Below, in pieces: positions 25,201-34,259 of a stretch of 51,863 nt of DNA. The notes beneath the pieces were generated by a model. It was not told the origin of the DNA. It worked only from the letters and a program-made list of their open reading frames with translations, and searched no databases. How positions within the stretch are numbered: the stretch's first letter is position 1; each line of letters opens with the position of its first letter. The translations under genes were made by a program, and so were the position numbers. Source of the DNA: a virus (Duplodnaviria > Caudoviricetes); the IMG/VR virus record IMGVR_UViG_3300027855_000001, positions 1 to 51,863 of that record, one strand, 5' to 3'.

Positions 25201-27883
25201 TCTGCATCTCATGCTCAGTCGCCACCGAAACGAGCTTGGAGATATGCGCCTGTGGCGTCAACCCTTCCAAGTCCCGCTCCGCCCTTAGTTGCCCCAGCGC
25301 CTGAACTAAGGAGTCCCCAGACTGGTATCCAAATAGTCTAGCCATATCATCAGGATCAGCGCCGCTAGCACTGTAATAATCAGGAGAGAGTATTCGAACC
25401 TGCTCATCGGTCAAGGACCCTTTATCGAGTTTGAAGCTCCCGGCCTTTCGCCCTTCGAGGACCCCGTCGCGGAGGTAGCGGTCGGCGGCGATGACGGGTT
25501 GGCGATAGACCCCTTCGCGGACTTCGCCTCGAACCCGCTTTTCGTTATCCTTCCATTCGGAGGTCTGACGGCGGCGCTCGTCCTCCTCGGCCTTGCTAGC
25601 GATATGCGCCTGCTCTGCCTCGTGTTGCTTCTCGATCAGGCCAAGGTATCGGCGCATCGCGTCCGCGTTGAGGCCAGTGGCACCAGGGGTTTTGAAGGCC
25701 TTACGTTCTTCGATGGGAGGGGCGCCTAGAGCCTCACCTCCTTTACCTTTCATTTGCCCTTTGGCTTCCTCAATCGCCTCTCCGATCCTCATCATCCCAT
25801 CCATCACCGTGGGTGGGGGTGCCTTACCAATGATCCGCTCAATGATCCCAGAAATGATTTGCTTCACCGCGTCCCAAACAGATGGCTGCTTACCTGGGAG
25901 GCCAAGGCGCTTGGCTAAATCTTCTGAGAGTGGAGTAAGAGATAGTACCCTCTGAAACTCTGGGTTAGAAAAAGTCTCCGCCACAAACTCATGCGCATTT
26001 CTAAATGCGTAGCTATGTATCTCTTTAGCTTCTGGAACTTTCTGACTAAGATATCTATCAGTTTCATTCCTAATCGACTCAACCGCCGCTTTAATTTCCG
26101 GAAACTCTTCCATTGCGTGATACGTTGCAGCGTGAACGGTTTCGTGGACGAGAATGTGAGTGGCAGTAGCATGGGAGACGACACTCGCATCAGCAACGTC
26201 CTCGCGCATGATGATGGCGTTATCATCTGGGGAATAAAGCCCAGGGGCATCATGTTTGATATTAAACCGCTTGTTGATCTGCCGCATAATATCCGGCGCC
26301 ACCGCAATCACTGGAGTGTCCCCCGCCATACGATCAAAGCGGTCGTGGAAGAACTCGGCTAGAGCGCGAGGAACGCCGCTTAGATGATCCTTGTCGATCA
26401 TCTTAAAAGCATCAGTGGCGAGGAAGTGCTTAGTGGGATAAACCTTATCCCCCGAGGTAAGGGTCCCCTCCCCTGCCGTTTCAGGAATGATCCCCGGCTG
26501 GCGGGCGAAGATTGGGTCTAGACCTGCGGCGGAGCGGATGGAGGCCATCGCCAGTTCATGGGGATTGACTTCCTTAGCAGGAAGGACTTGGGCTTGAGGC
26601 TCCTCACCCTCCACAGGCTTAGACTCTTCCTCTTCCTTTGGCTCTGCCGCCGCCTGCCTCTCCTTCGCCAACTCCCCCTCAGCCTTCGTCACGCCCCCTG
26701 GCAGGGTCGCATAGTCCTGAAGGAACTTCGCCTCCTCCGGGTTCTTATTCTGAAACAGAAGCCAATCCGCCAAGGGCACCTGCACATGCCCGTTATGCCG
26801 CTCGGCTAGCTGAAGCTCCTGCTCGAAGCCGGGGATATCCCCGAAGCGATCGTCACCGGGAGAGGGGATGTCTTCGCCGTAGAGGCCACGGACGGCATCT
26901 GCCTGAAGTTCGATGTGCCCAGGGTTGTGAGCGTTGACGAAGTCCTTAAAGCTCTGCGGGTCCCGCTCAATGGTGTTCGTAGCGTTAGCCGCAGACCCCT
27001 GCTCCTTGAGCCCTTTCAAGAAAGCTTTGTTCTCCTCCTGTCTCGCATCGTCGATAATCTCACTCACACCAGGCGGTGGAACTTCCCCAGCCTTGAGATA
27101 AGGCGCGACCTTATCTACCTGCTCCCGCAACTTCGCCCGCTCACGAAGGCCCTCACCAAAGACCTCACTGGCTTCGCCGAGGATGGGATTGATCGAGGCC
27201 AACGCGCCTGGATCAGAGATGACTTGGAGGAACTGCTCCGTGGCGTCCACCCCTGATCGCCCGGTGAGGGTTTCGTACGACCTTCGAACCGACTGCGCAA
27301 CGGCGTTGATCACGCCCCCAGGCGCCCGCACTGCGACATCCAACGGGGCCAATCCAATCGCCGCAGTTGCCATCGCCGCCCCGACGAAGGGATGGGCGCG
27401 AGCTTCGGCGATATTCTCGGGCCCAGTCCCAAATAACCCCGGCCGCCCAAACCCCTCCCCGAAGTCCTTGGCCATCTGGACTATACCAGTCCCAAGCCTG
27501 CCAACTGGCGTAGCCTGGATCGCCTGGGATAGTTTATCTAGCTGCCCCCAATCGTCGTTGGAAATCTTCGACCCGAGCGGGTGGGTTTGGATATAGTCGC
27601 GGATGTAGGGGTTGTTGTCTAAGATGTTGGAAGTGAGCGCCGCCTTATGCTGCTGCTCGAAGTTCTCTAAGTTCCCATAGACGAGTGATGGCCCCGCCCC
27701 CGTCGCCCTAGCCAGCTGCTGAGCCTTAGCAGCGTCATCAGGGTTCGCCTCAAGATCGTTGATCGCCCCTACCGTCGCCCTTCGGCGTTGGTTCAGCACG
27801 AAGGCAGCAGGTGACATTTGGAGGACGTTATCATCCACAAAGCCACTACTGTCATCTTGACTACTTGGGTCCTGTTCTGCCAC
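22292..27883 (-). CDS. Large internal virion/ejection protein (1863 aa) with a zincin-like metallopeptidase motif
   Basis: Size and position after two other internal virion genes; HETVH followed by HEFVAE. Confidence 0.75.
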   Translation of the reverse strand: MAEQDPSSQDDSSGFVDDNVLQMSPAAFVLNQRRRATVGAINDLEANPDDAAKAQQLARATGAGPSLVYGNLENFEQQHKAALTSNILDNNPYIRDYIQTHPLGSKISNDDWGQLDKLSQAIQATPVGRLGTGIVQMAKDFGEGFGRPGLFGTGPENIAEARAHPFVGAAMATAAIGLAPLDVAVRAPGGVINAVAQSVRRSYETLTGRSGVDATEQFLQVISDPGALASINPILGEASEVFGEGLRERAKLREQVDKVAPYLKAGEVPPPGVSEIIDDARQEENKAFLKGLKEQGSAANATNTIERDPQSFKDFVNAHNPGHIELQADAVRGLYGEDIPSPGDDRFGDIPGFEQELQLAERHNGHVQVPLADWLLFQNKNPEEAKFLQDYATLPGGVTKAEGELAKERQAAAEPKEEEESKPVEGEEPQAQVLPAKEVNPHELAMASIRSAAGLDPIFARQPGIIPETAGEGTLTSGDKVYPTKHFLATDAFKMIDKDHLSGVPRALAEFFHDRFDRMAGDTPVIAVAPDIMRQINKRFNIKHDAPGLYSPDDNAIIMREDVADASVVSHATATHILVHETVHAATYHAMEEFPEIKAAVESIRNETDRYLSQKVPEAKEIHSYAFRNAHEFVAETFSNPEFQRVLSLTPLSEDLAKRLGLPGKQPSVWDAVKQIISGIIERIIGKAPPPTVMDGMMRIGEAIEEAKGQMKGKGGEALGAPPIEERKAFKTPGATGLNADAMRRYLGLIEKQHEAEQAHIASKAEEDERRRQTSEWKDNEKRVRGEVREGVYRQPVIAADRYLRDGVLEGRKAGSFKLDKGSLTDEQVRILSPDYYSASGADPDDMARLFGYQSGDSLVQALGQLRAERDLEGLTPQAHISKLVSVATEHEMQRQYGDLEENILREAKEHVFSQSQIDILADETVHLASLAGSELPISKDDLLKGARQVFDASPLRAISSKAFEASAGRAGQAVQDALLKGDYRAALKAKQEQTNAAIYANLALKFEKGLKKFKETDAPRWGRREPPGVPQEDAVWMHQILLQVLGPDGIQTSRQDLERRKEMSSPYATLRDYVDAKNKANGTASTDPDNPPIAHTLNVMPDLFSANWPGKDFEGLSAAEFQGVYDSLKSINHYGHEANKYEVKGNKEDLAGVVSGLVERLKAAVDNKPAVQGAHEESKFRTIGSLLLNTETWLNRLDLGNRQGPFNQLIMRPITEGQNYLRQLNRDFAAKWKGLGEFPDFNKKITNTMFRTDDGRFIDMTKGNAYAVLQNMGNALQRRKLIEGWNISKDQDTGEQMVWHWLANVAGMGSEDLARAQKMGKVFDDAFRLAEHAYVHTAGVAPARIELYKVRTPWGDADEWYHPLIADPLRHSSKMTVDDMMGDSGFWKPSPASGYTKTRTGARYPLDLSFESAAMKLKQILNDAAMRIPITEVSKIVYNKSFMNAFKEYYGPEYHSALDAWMKDAAGNRQWQPANMRALDRWVNSLAQNMSTMMIGFNPGTVAKHGLTAAIFSSWEVGVKNWAGSMLHMIHELPGSRERWGFAMGNSEELRNRLNNMEDTIIAQNKELFRSQKNRAFDATRVKLESFRDLVSHWGHAPVGASDLLSAVSMWDAEYRRLNKSDPDMSHGDLVYAADTAVRRTHGSSILTNRSAVQRHQSPFVRLIMPFYNFLSNALQRNYELAWKAKLATQGRELPEMPGFLEEKFEAGPQHILPIMGGVAVFGLAVGLVEHLVSGQPKKQDESEGAHIAKILLRGYPAQVPIVRDVSNYLIDGHDPSIGLYGTLAQDVKKSLTAKSYDYRTNPGKTFRTAGDVLSITSGLTTQSADKLGEYLINVLAGHEHPKGFGDLWTGMRTGTQQAPRR

Positions 27884-29654
27884 CTTCGCTCGCCTTTGCT
27901 TTCTTATAGAACTCGTCCCACTGCTTACGGACTATGTACATCCGCACTTCGTTCTCGGAGGGCTGATAGTCCGGTCCAAGGTTATCATGCTTCGCGGCTT
28001 CCTCTTGCAACGCGGACTTAGCCTCAGTCATCACCTCATCTGGAATAGTCTTTTCAAACTCAGGAACGTCGCGGTTGCCCATCAGCCCATGGAACCAAGT
28101 CCCCTCAGAGGTAGAGTGTTGCATTAGCAACGGCTTAGCAACTTTCTCTTCGAACTCTTGAGGGTTAGGGAAGTGTTTATTGGTTTCCTGAAAGGCTTCA
28201 ATCGCCTGAGCCAGGGACCCGACATACATATTATAGTTCTTGACCCGATCGCTAGATGGGTCTTCGTTGCGCGCCGGGGGATGGCGCACGCCTAGGTCAT
28301 CAAGCTCTTGACCATGGGTAACAGTCATCCATCTCAGAGCCCTGCTCATCTGAGGGTTGACATTCGGGTTAGCAACTAGCTGCTTTCGAATGCCAAGCAA
28401 GTCCCCCCGCTGTTCCTTAGTCAGATGCAGGTCAGGGTCATAGAGGTCAGTGTCCATAAACTGACCAGGGTTGCTCCGAGCGGACCCGTACAATGCCTGA
28501 TAGTTCGCATACCCTGCATCAGCATCATGCTGCGTCCAATGCTGCTTTAGCATCTCAGGGATTTTATCCTGGTCCTTTGACGGGAGCGCGTGGATTGCCG
28601 CACCGACCTCTGGGTCAGCTAGAAGCTCTTGAGTAGTCTTGTACTTGTCCGAATGGATTGCATCAAACAAGGTCCCCATATTCGTCCGGTTCTGATCGGT
28701 GGTGATGGACTTGTCATAGAGAGCCTTGGACCGGATCGCCGTCCGAAGGTCCTTTTCGAACATCGGATCGCCGAGGGTCACGGATGGGTCTTGAGCGATC
28801 TTATGAGCCTGAGCATCCATGTCAGTGAGGGACTTGTTCGGCCCGAAGATCGAACTCGCTTGGTTCTGAACTCCCACCCCACGGTTATGTAGATAGATAT
28901 TATCCAACGCCCGATCCCCCGAAGCCTGATCTATCTCACCGTTCTTGATTGAAGTCTGGAGAGTGTCATAAGCCTTGATCGGGTTCTCAATCGCCTGCTG
29001 TTCAATCTGCCCCAGGCGGTTAACACTCTGCTGCTTTAAGACGTAAGCCTGCCGTTCATCTTCGCCCCAGCCTTTGAGCCCCGCGATGGTGTGGGACTCA
29101 TTCTCGATCGTTTGGTTCTTCGCCGCGTACTCGCTCTCGCTGAAGGGGTCGACGTAGGCCTTAGTCGTGTTGTCGATCCTGGCCTGAGCAGTGCCGATCG
29201 CATATTGCTTAAACTGCTCCCCCGCATGCGCAGCTGAGGAGAAGGTGATCCGGTTCTGAAAGCTCGAAGCCTCTTGATCAAAATACTTCTGGGCCATCGG
29301 GGACGAGAGCGTCCCGCGCATATCATTGCGCATATCGCTGATAGCTTTAAGATGCGCCGGGAGAGCGTTCTTTGCATCCACCCCTTGAAGGGAGTCAAAG
29401 TCTGCTTGGCGCTGAGCGGCCTGGGTAGTGAAGTCGATGACCTTATTCCGAGCCTGGGTCTCATTCGCGAGGTCTTGCAGCGCGATGGCGCGGGTGAAGA
29501 GTTCGTTACCGACTTGATCGGTGGTCGTGCCAAGGTGTGAGAGGGCCGCCCCGATATTCTCGCCAAAGGCAGCGGGCGGAGCATTGACATTGACCTGCTC
29601 CCCAGGCGATTGAGGGTCAACGGTTGGTTCTTTTATGTAAGGGACTTGGGGCAA
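27861..29654 (-). CDS. Internal virion (ejection) protein
   Basis: Helical 597-aa protein; podovirus gene order. Confidence 0.7.
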   Translation of the reverse strand: MPQVPYIKEPTVDPQSPGEQVNVNAPPAAFGENIGAALSHLGTTTDQVGNELFTRAIALQDLANETQARNKVIDFTTQAAQRQADFDSLQGVDAKNALPAHLKAISDMRNDMRGTLSSPMAQKYFDQEASSFQNRITFSSAAHAGEQFKQYAIGTAQARIDNTTKAYVDPFSESEYAAKNQTIENESHTIAGLKGWGEDERQAYVLKQQSVNRLGQIEQQAIENPIKAYDTLQTSIKNGEIDQASGDRALDNIYLHNRGVGVQNQASSIFGPNKSLTDMDAQAHKIAQDPSVTLGDPMFEKDLRTAIRSKALYDKSITTDQNRTNMGTLFDAIHSDKYKTTQELLADPEVGAAIHALPSKDQDKIPEMLKQHWTQHDADAGYANYQALYGSARSNPGQFMDTDLYDPDLHLTKEQRGDLLGIRKQLVANPNVNPQMSRALRWMTVTHGQELDDLGVRHPPARNEDPSSDRVKNYNMYVGSLAQAIEAFQETNKHFPNPQEFEEKVAKPLLMQHSTSEGTWFHGLMGNRDVPEFEKTIPDEVMTEAKSALQEEAAKHDNLGPDYQPSENEVRMYIVRKQWDEFYKKAKASEGGRTGPK

Positions 29655-29657
29655 AGG

Positions 29658-30242
29658 TTATCCTGTTCCTGGGAAACTACCACTGGCAGTAGTGCTAGTG
29701 CTACCAGAGCCAAAGACCTGACCCGCCTGCAACCACTTGCTTGACACACTCCCCGCCGCGCCGATGACAGAGCTTATCGCGCCGATATCTCCAGACTCGA
29801 TGGAGGTCGTAGCTGCTACGTCCATCGCCCCAGCGGTAGCGGTGTCCCCAGCGGCCTTCACTTCAAACCCGTAGGCCCGCTTAGCGGCGTTGGCTCGAAT
29901 GGTGGCCTCGTTCTCCTGACCAATGGCGGTCTCACTCGACACGACCCTCGCGCCGGACCCAGAGTTGATATCTACATTCCCCGCCGCCATCCCAGCGCGG
30001 GTGGTCCCAACCTCAGCGCGGGTACGAAGCCCTGAGTTAGTCGCCTCAACGTTCCCTGCTTCAGTGGCGTACTGTGCATCTTGGTTAGCGACCTTAGCAT
30101 TAACCTGCGCCACGCCCGCTTGGTACTTATACATATTCGATTGGGCTTGCCCTTGGAACAGGCTCCCAATCACGCCCATCACGCCACCCGCAGCGGTACT
30201 ACCAACTCCAATCGCCGCTGTAGGCCCAGCTGCCATTGCCAT
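29658..30242 (-). CDS. Internal virion protein (T7 gp14-like position)
   Basis: Ala/Gly-rich with AGMAAGNVDINSGS; gene order. Confidence 0.7.
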   Translation of the reverse strand: MAMAAGPTAAIGVGSTAAGGVMGVIGSLFQGQAQSNMYKYQAGVAQVNAKVANQDAQYATEAGNVEATNSGLRTRAEVGTTRAGMAAGNVDINSGSGARVVSSETAIGQENEATIRANAAKRAYGFEVKAAGDTATAGAMDVAATTSIESGDIGAISSVIGAAGSVSSKWLQAGQVFGSGSTSTTASGSFPGTG

Positions 30243-30243
30243 G

Positions 30244-30663
30244 TTACTTGGCCCTTATCGTAAATGGAGTTCGACCACCGATCATTGGCCCGAACTCCCC
30301 ACCTAGCCAATGTATCCATCGAGAGGCGGAGGGGTTGTGGCCAATGACTTCGCCGATGATGGTTGGATACTTCTTCAAAGCCTCCTCGATGTACCGTTGT
30401 GAATGGCGGACGAAAAGAAACTTATGCTCGGCGATGATATCAGTAGTGAGCAGCCAAAGGTATGCAGTGGTACTGAGCACCGTCGGTGGGATTAGCCCCC
30501 ACACGCAGGCGATCTTGCCATCGACGAGGCCTTGTCTAATCTCGATCGAGCGCCAGATACATTCCTTAAACACTTCCTCAGCACCAGGGATGTCAGCAAA
30601 CGGCGATCGCTGAATAAGATCGCTGGTAGTGGAAGGGGCCTTGGCGAGGATATCAACCATCAT
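30244..30663 (-). CDS. GNAT-like protein (T7 gp13-like position)
   Basis: ACVWG, YLWLL, N..ASRWIHWLG.EF; gene order. Confidence 0.6.
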   Translation of the reverse strand: MMVDILAKAPSTTSDLIQRSPFADIPGAEEVFKECIWRSIEIRQGLVDGKIACVWGLIPPTVLSTTAYLWLLTTDIIAEHKFLFVRHSQRYIEEALKKYPTIIGEVIGHNPSASRWIHWLGGEFGPMIGGRTPFTIRAK

Positions 30664-33600
30664 TCATCACCTACCACTACGCTGGGGATGATCCCAAGGA
30701 TCGTTGCCGGGTACGGGAGGTTTTGCTGGATACAGAGTTGGCCGATCTCTTGCCAGAGGGGGTCGTTGACGGTGAAGCCGTCGGTGACGTTGCCGTTGGG
30801 GGAGATGGAAGGATTGATCAAGTCCATCACCGTCTGCCCTGGCCCGGTCGATTGCGAAGGGATTGCCCCGATGACGAAGTCTTTCACATTCACCGCGTTG
30901 GCGAAGGAGGTGCCAACTTGGAGGCCAAGGGTGTCGGCGACGCGAAGCACGATATCAGGAAACTTCTTTCTCTTGCTCTGTGTCGTCCCTTTCTGCGAAG
31001 CGGGCTCGAGGGGGAGGGTTTGCAACTGGGGAAGGTAGGCAAGGCCAAGGGTCACCTTCGATGCAGTCAATCCAAGTGCGACCGTCCCAGTGGCCGAGAC
31101 GGTGAAGGGGCCGATCGTAGTGCCATCGGCGACCCCGATCACCTGCTGGCCGATTAGCTGGGTCAGGCCGCTCACATTCGATATCGGTTGCCATATAGTG
31201 TAGCTCGTCGGGAAGGCGATGTTAGTGTAGGCGTTGATGAGAGAAGGAACGCGGGTGGCCGTTGCCGTAACCTGAGAGGCGGAGGTATAGGCAGTGATCT
31301 TGTAAATGCCCCCACCTGATCGGACTACCCAACCGTTCGTTGCCATCGTTATAGTGAAGGGTGAATTGACTCCGTCAATCAGGGTAACGACGTTGCCTAT
31401 CTTACTTGCATCGCCAATAATAGTCAGGTTCCCCGTTGGCGAAATCGCCGGCGTCGTCTGCAATGCACAGTCCACCGACCAGCTATCCTCATACCCGTAA
31501 GGGAAGTAGCGGTCCGCCATTCGCTCGACATACTGAACAGTATTACCATTGACAAGGCGTTGGACGATGCAATAAACCGCATCGACAATGTTCCCATTCA
31601 CATTCTCAATCGCGGAGCAGACGGATTTGAATTGGCCGTTGGTGTCGTGGTGAGCCCAACCCTGGACCTCTTGATCCTTGACAAAGGTCAGGGATATCAT
31701 CTGCCCATCGTCACGAATGGCCCAAAGGACCTTGAATGGCTCTTCACTCCAGGCCCAGTCGAGCATGTAATGGCCAAAGAAGAGGTGATTGGCCATCGCG
31801 CTGATATCGGCCCCAGTGAAGATTTGGGCGTAGAGGTTGTAGGTCAGGTCACGGACGTAGTTGCCCTTATTGGTAACGTAAAGGGCGTCCATGTTGATCT
31901 TGATCGGGCGCATGTCGTTGGCGCCGTTGAAGCCTTGGGGCTGGGCGGTTTGGTTGCTCGGGGTAATTGGCGTCTGTGTTGAGATGCCCCCGCCGCCGTT
32001 GATGAGCCACGCGCCCTTGCCGGTGAAGGCGATCATGCCTGTCGGGACTGGGGTCAAGTTTCTAATATCGTTCAGTTCCTCGGCGATGATATTGCCAGAA
32101 ATTGCATCGTCATCTTCGCTCGGGTTCGAGATATTGAAGTTAAAGAACGATGCCGGCTGGGAGATGTTGTACCCTTGGATCGCCGTGGGCTGGTTCGCCA
32201 GCATCAACCTCTCTTGCATGAACCCAGGAACGCCAGGGTTGCCACCTTGGGAAGTGCCGATGGTGGAAGTCGCTGTCGCCGCGCCGGTGGAGAAGGCGAC
32301 GCTGGGGGCGGAGACGTAGCCAGAACCACCAGAGACTAGGACGAGGTTGCCTAATATCCAGTTCGCGTTTAGCGTAGCGCCGCTGCCACTCGTTGATCCA
32401 CCAGCTACCTGCGCCAAGGTCGCAGGGGCGGTTCCAGCAGTGAGTGAGCCAGGGCTGAGGAGACTGTAGGTGACGATGGTACTATTAATACCACTCACTG
32501 TTAGCACAGTGATAGAGACATTGCCTTGGAAGTAGACCACATCCCCCGGCACATACCCTATCCCACCCCCAGCCAACGTCGTAGTCGGCGTGGTCAGCGA
32601 AGCATAGGCCGTTGCCTGTATCCCGCCCACAGGTGGTGCGCCGATGGTAACCGCAGGGACTACTAGCCCATTGTAATTACCAACGGCGGTAATGTTTAGG
32701 TTGGTGACCGACGCCCCTTGGAATGGGTTCTGCACAACCGGCGGGGATTGAGAGAAGTCCGGGTCGATCCCAGGGAATGCGTCGTTGAAGGAAAGGCCGG
32801 TGGTGTTGCCGATGAAGCCGAAGGGGGCACCGGTTACGATAGTGGTGATGACGGTGGGGGAGGCTTTGTAAACGTTATAACTCACTGCTCCCGGAACGGC
32901 ATTCCAAGAGAGAGTATTAGTGATACCCGCGCTGCTGATAAGTTGGATATTGGTAATGATCCCCGGCTGGCTAGGCCCACTCTCCTGCCCATTATTATCC
33001 ACCGCTGTAACGAGGTAACCGTAGTTCCAACCGAAGCCGGAGGTGGAGGTGGTGGAGACGGAGATGCCAGTGGGGGTGACGACTGTAGAGCCAAAGGTGA
33101 TTGCGGTCAGGGACCAGTTCGTCGCGGAGGTGATGGTGAGGATATGAGGAGAGTAGCTTGGATGGCAAATGATAAGGGAGGTCACATCCTGAACGAACTT
33201 AATCCCAGGATTACCGGTCAGGGGATTTGGGAACAGGTCCGCGGTGATATAGGGCGAAGCCAAAGTATAAACCCGCTGCGCGGTGCCACCGCTGATATAG
33301 GCGCCGAAGCCGGTGGTGTTGATCGCGTTGCCGTTTAGGTCGGTGAGGGTATAAGTGTTGGCCCCAGTCTTAACGACGATGTAATAGTTGCCGTTAAGCT
33401 GCGTCATCCCCGCTATAGCATTAATAAAAACCCAATCCCCAGTAGAATAACCATGCCCAACGTCAGTAATAACCCCGGGATTAGCCTGTGTCGCGCCTGA
33501 AATAGTAGTCGCTGTTTCCAAGATTGGTGAGCCATTAGAATAGAACCGGATGTAGCCTTGGCCGAACTCGAGCTCGTAGGCGATGGTGGTTGAGGGCTGG

Positions 33601-33806
33601 AAGGCGACCAGTCTCGCACCGAGGGATTTGCATTGGTTGATGAACTTCGTTCCTTGGCGAGTGGAGGCCCCGCCGCCGGAATAGTCGACGAAGAAGTTGC
33701 GGAGTAGGGCGGCCCCGTTATGATATTTCTGTACGTCGATACGCGATCTTAACTTCGGTGCAACTTCACCAGAGGCAAATGAAGTTTGTATATGTGGTTG
33801 GCTCAT
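30660..33806 (-). CDS. Tail tubular protein B / nozzle (T7 gp12-like) with inserted beta-rich domains
   Basis: QTSFASGEVAP.L..R.D, RQGTKF, LEFGQGYIRFY, GWAHHDT, YVERM. Confidence 0.85.
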   Translation of the reverse strand: MSQPHIQTSFASGEVAPKLRSRIDVQKYHNGAALLRNFFVDYSGGGASTRQGTKFINQCKSLGARLVAFQPSTTIAYELEFGQGYIRFYSNGSPILETATTISGATQANPGVITDVGHGYSTGDWVFINAIAGMTQLNGNYYIVVKTGANTYTLTDLNGNAINTTGFGAYISGGTAQRVYTLASPYITADLFPNPLTGNPGIKFVQDVTSLIICHPSYSPHILTITSATNWSLTAITFGSTVVTPTGISVSTTSTSGFGWNYGYLVTAVDNNGQESGPSQPGIITNIQLISSAGITNTLSWNAVPGAVSYNVYKASPTVITTIVTGAPFGFIGNTTGLSFNDAFPGIDPDFSQSPPVVQNPFQGASVTNLNITAVGNYNGLVVPAVTIGAPPVGGIQATAYASLTTPTTTLAGGGIGYVPGDVVYFQGNVSITVLTVSGINSTIVTYSLLSPGSLTAGTAPATLAQVAGGSTSGSGATLNANWILGNLVLVSGGSGYVSAPSVAFSTGAATATSTIGTSQGGNPGVPGFMQERLMLANQPTAIQGYNISQPASFFNFNISNPSEDDDAISGNIIAEELNDIRNLTPVPTGMIAFTGKGAWLINGGGGISTQTPITPSNQTAQPQGFNGANDMRPIKINMDALYVTNKGNYVRDLTYNLYAQIFTGADISAMANHLFFGHYMLDWAWSEEPFKVLWAIRDDGQMISLTFVKDQEVQGWAHHDTNGQFKSVCSAIENVNGNIVDAVYCIVQRLVNGNTVQYVERMADRYFPYGYEDSWSVDCALQTTPAISPTGNLTIIGDASKIGNVVTLIDGVNSPFTITMATNGWVVRSGGGIYKITAYTSASQVTATATRVPSLINAYTNIAFPTSYTIWQPISNVSGLTQLIGQQVIGVADGTTIGPFTVSATGTVALGLTASKVTLGLAYLPQLQTLPLEPASQKGTTQSKRKKFPDIVLRVADTLGLQVGTSFANAVNVKDFVIGAIPSQSTGPGQTVMDLINPSISPNGNVTDGFTVNDPLWQEIGQLCIQQNLPYPATILGIIPSVVVGDE

Positions 33807-34258
33807 GGACGGTTGTAACTTAACCCAAGATGGATTTGTAAGACTGCTGATCTAGATACCCCATAAATCTGCCCAATTTTGTACTGAGATAAACTGCCTT
33901 CTCCTAAAAGATATTTGATTTCATCTACTTGTTCATATGTCAATTTCGCTCCATGACGATGATTACTTCGTCCTTTCCTATGCATGTCATCGTGGTTATC
34001 TTGATATGTTCCAAGAAACAAATGGTCAGGGTTTATACACGCCCGATTATCGCACTTGTGAAGAACACATGCGTCATCAGGAAGCGTTTCAAAATGTACA
34101 ATCCAAGAAGCGCGATGACAAGATAGAGTTCGATATAAGTATGTTATAGTTCCATAACCATTAGTTCCTTTTGAACCAAGCCAATTCCAACAGCCGTTAT
34201 CAGCAATGTCAATGCGTAACAGCAATCGTCGTTTTAGCTCTTCTGAATAAGTGCTCAT
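33803..34258 (-). CDS. HNH endonuclease with C-terminal HTH
   Basis: GCWNWLG, HRASW, VLHKCDNRACINPDHLFLGT..DN; AT-rich insert. Confidence 0.9.
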   Translation of the reverse strand: MSTYSEELKRRLLLRIDIADNGCWNWLGSKGTNGYGTITYLYRTLSCHRASWIVHFETLPDDACVLHKCDNRACINPDHLFLGTYQDNHDDMHRKGRSNHRHGAKLTYEQVDEIKYLLGEGSLSQYKIGQIYGVSRSAVLQIHLGLSYNRP

Positions 34259-34259
34259 G

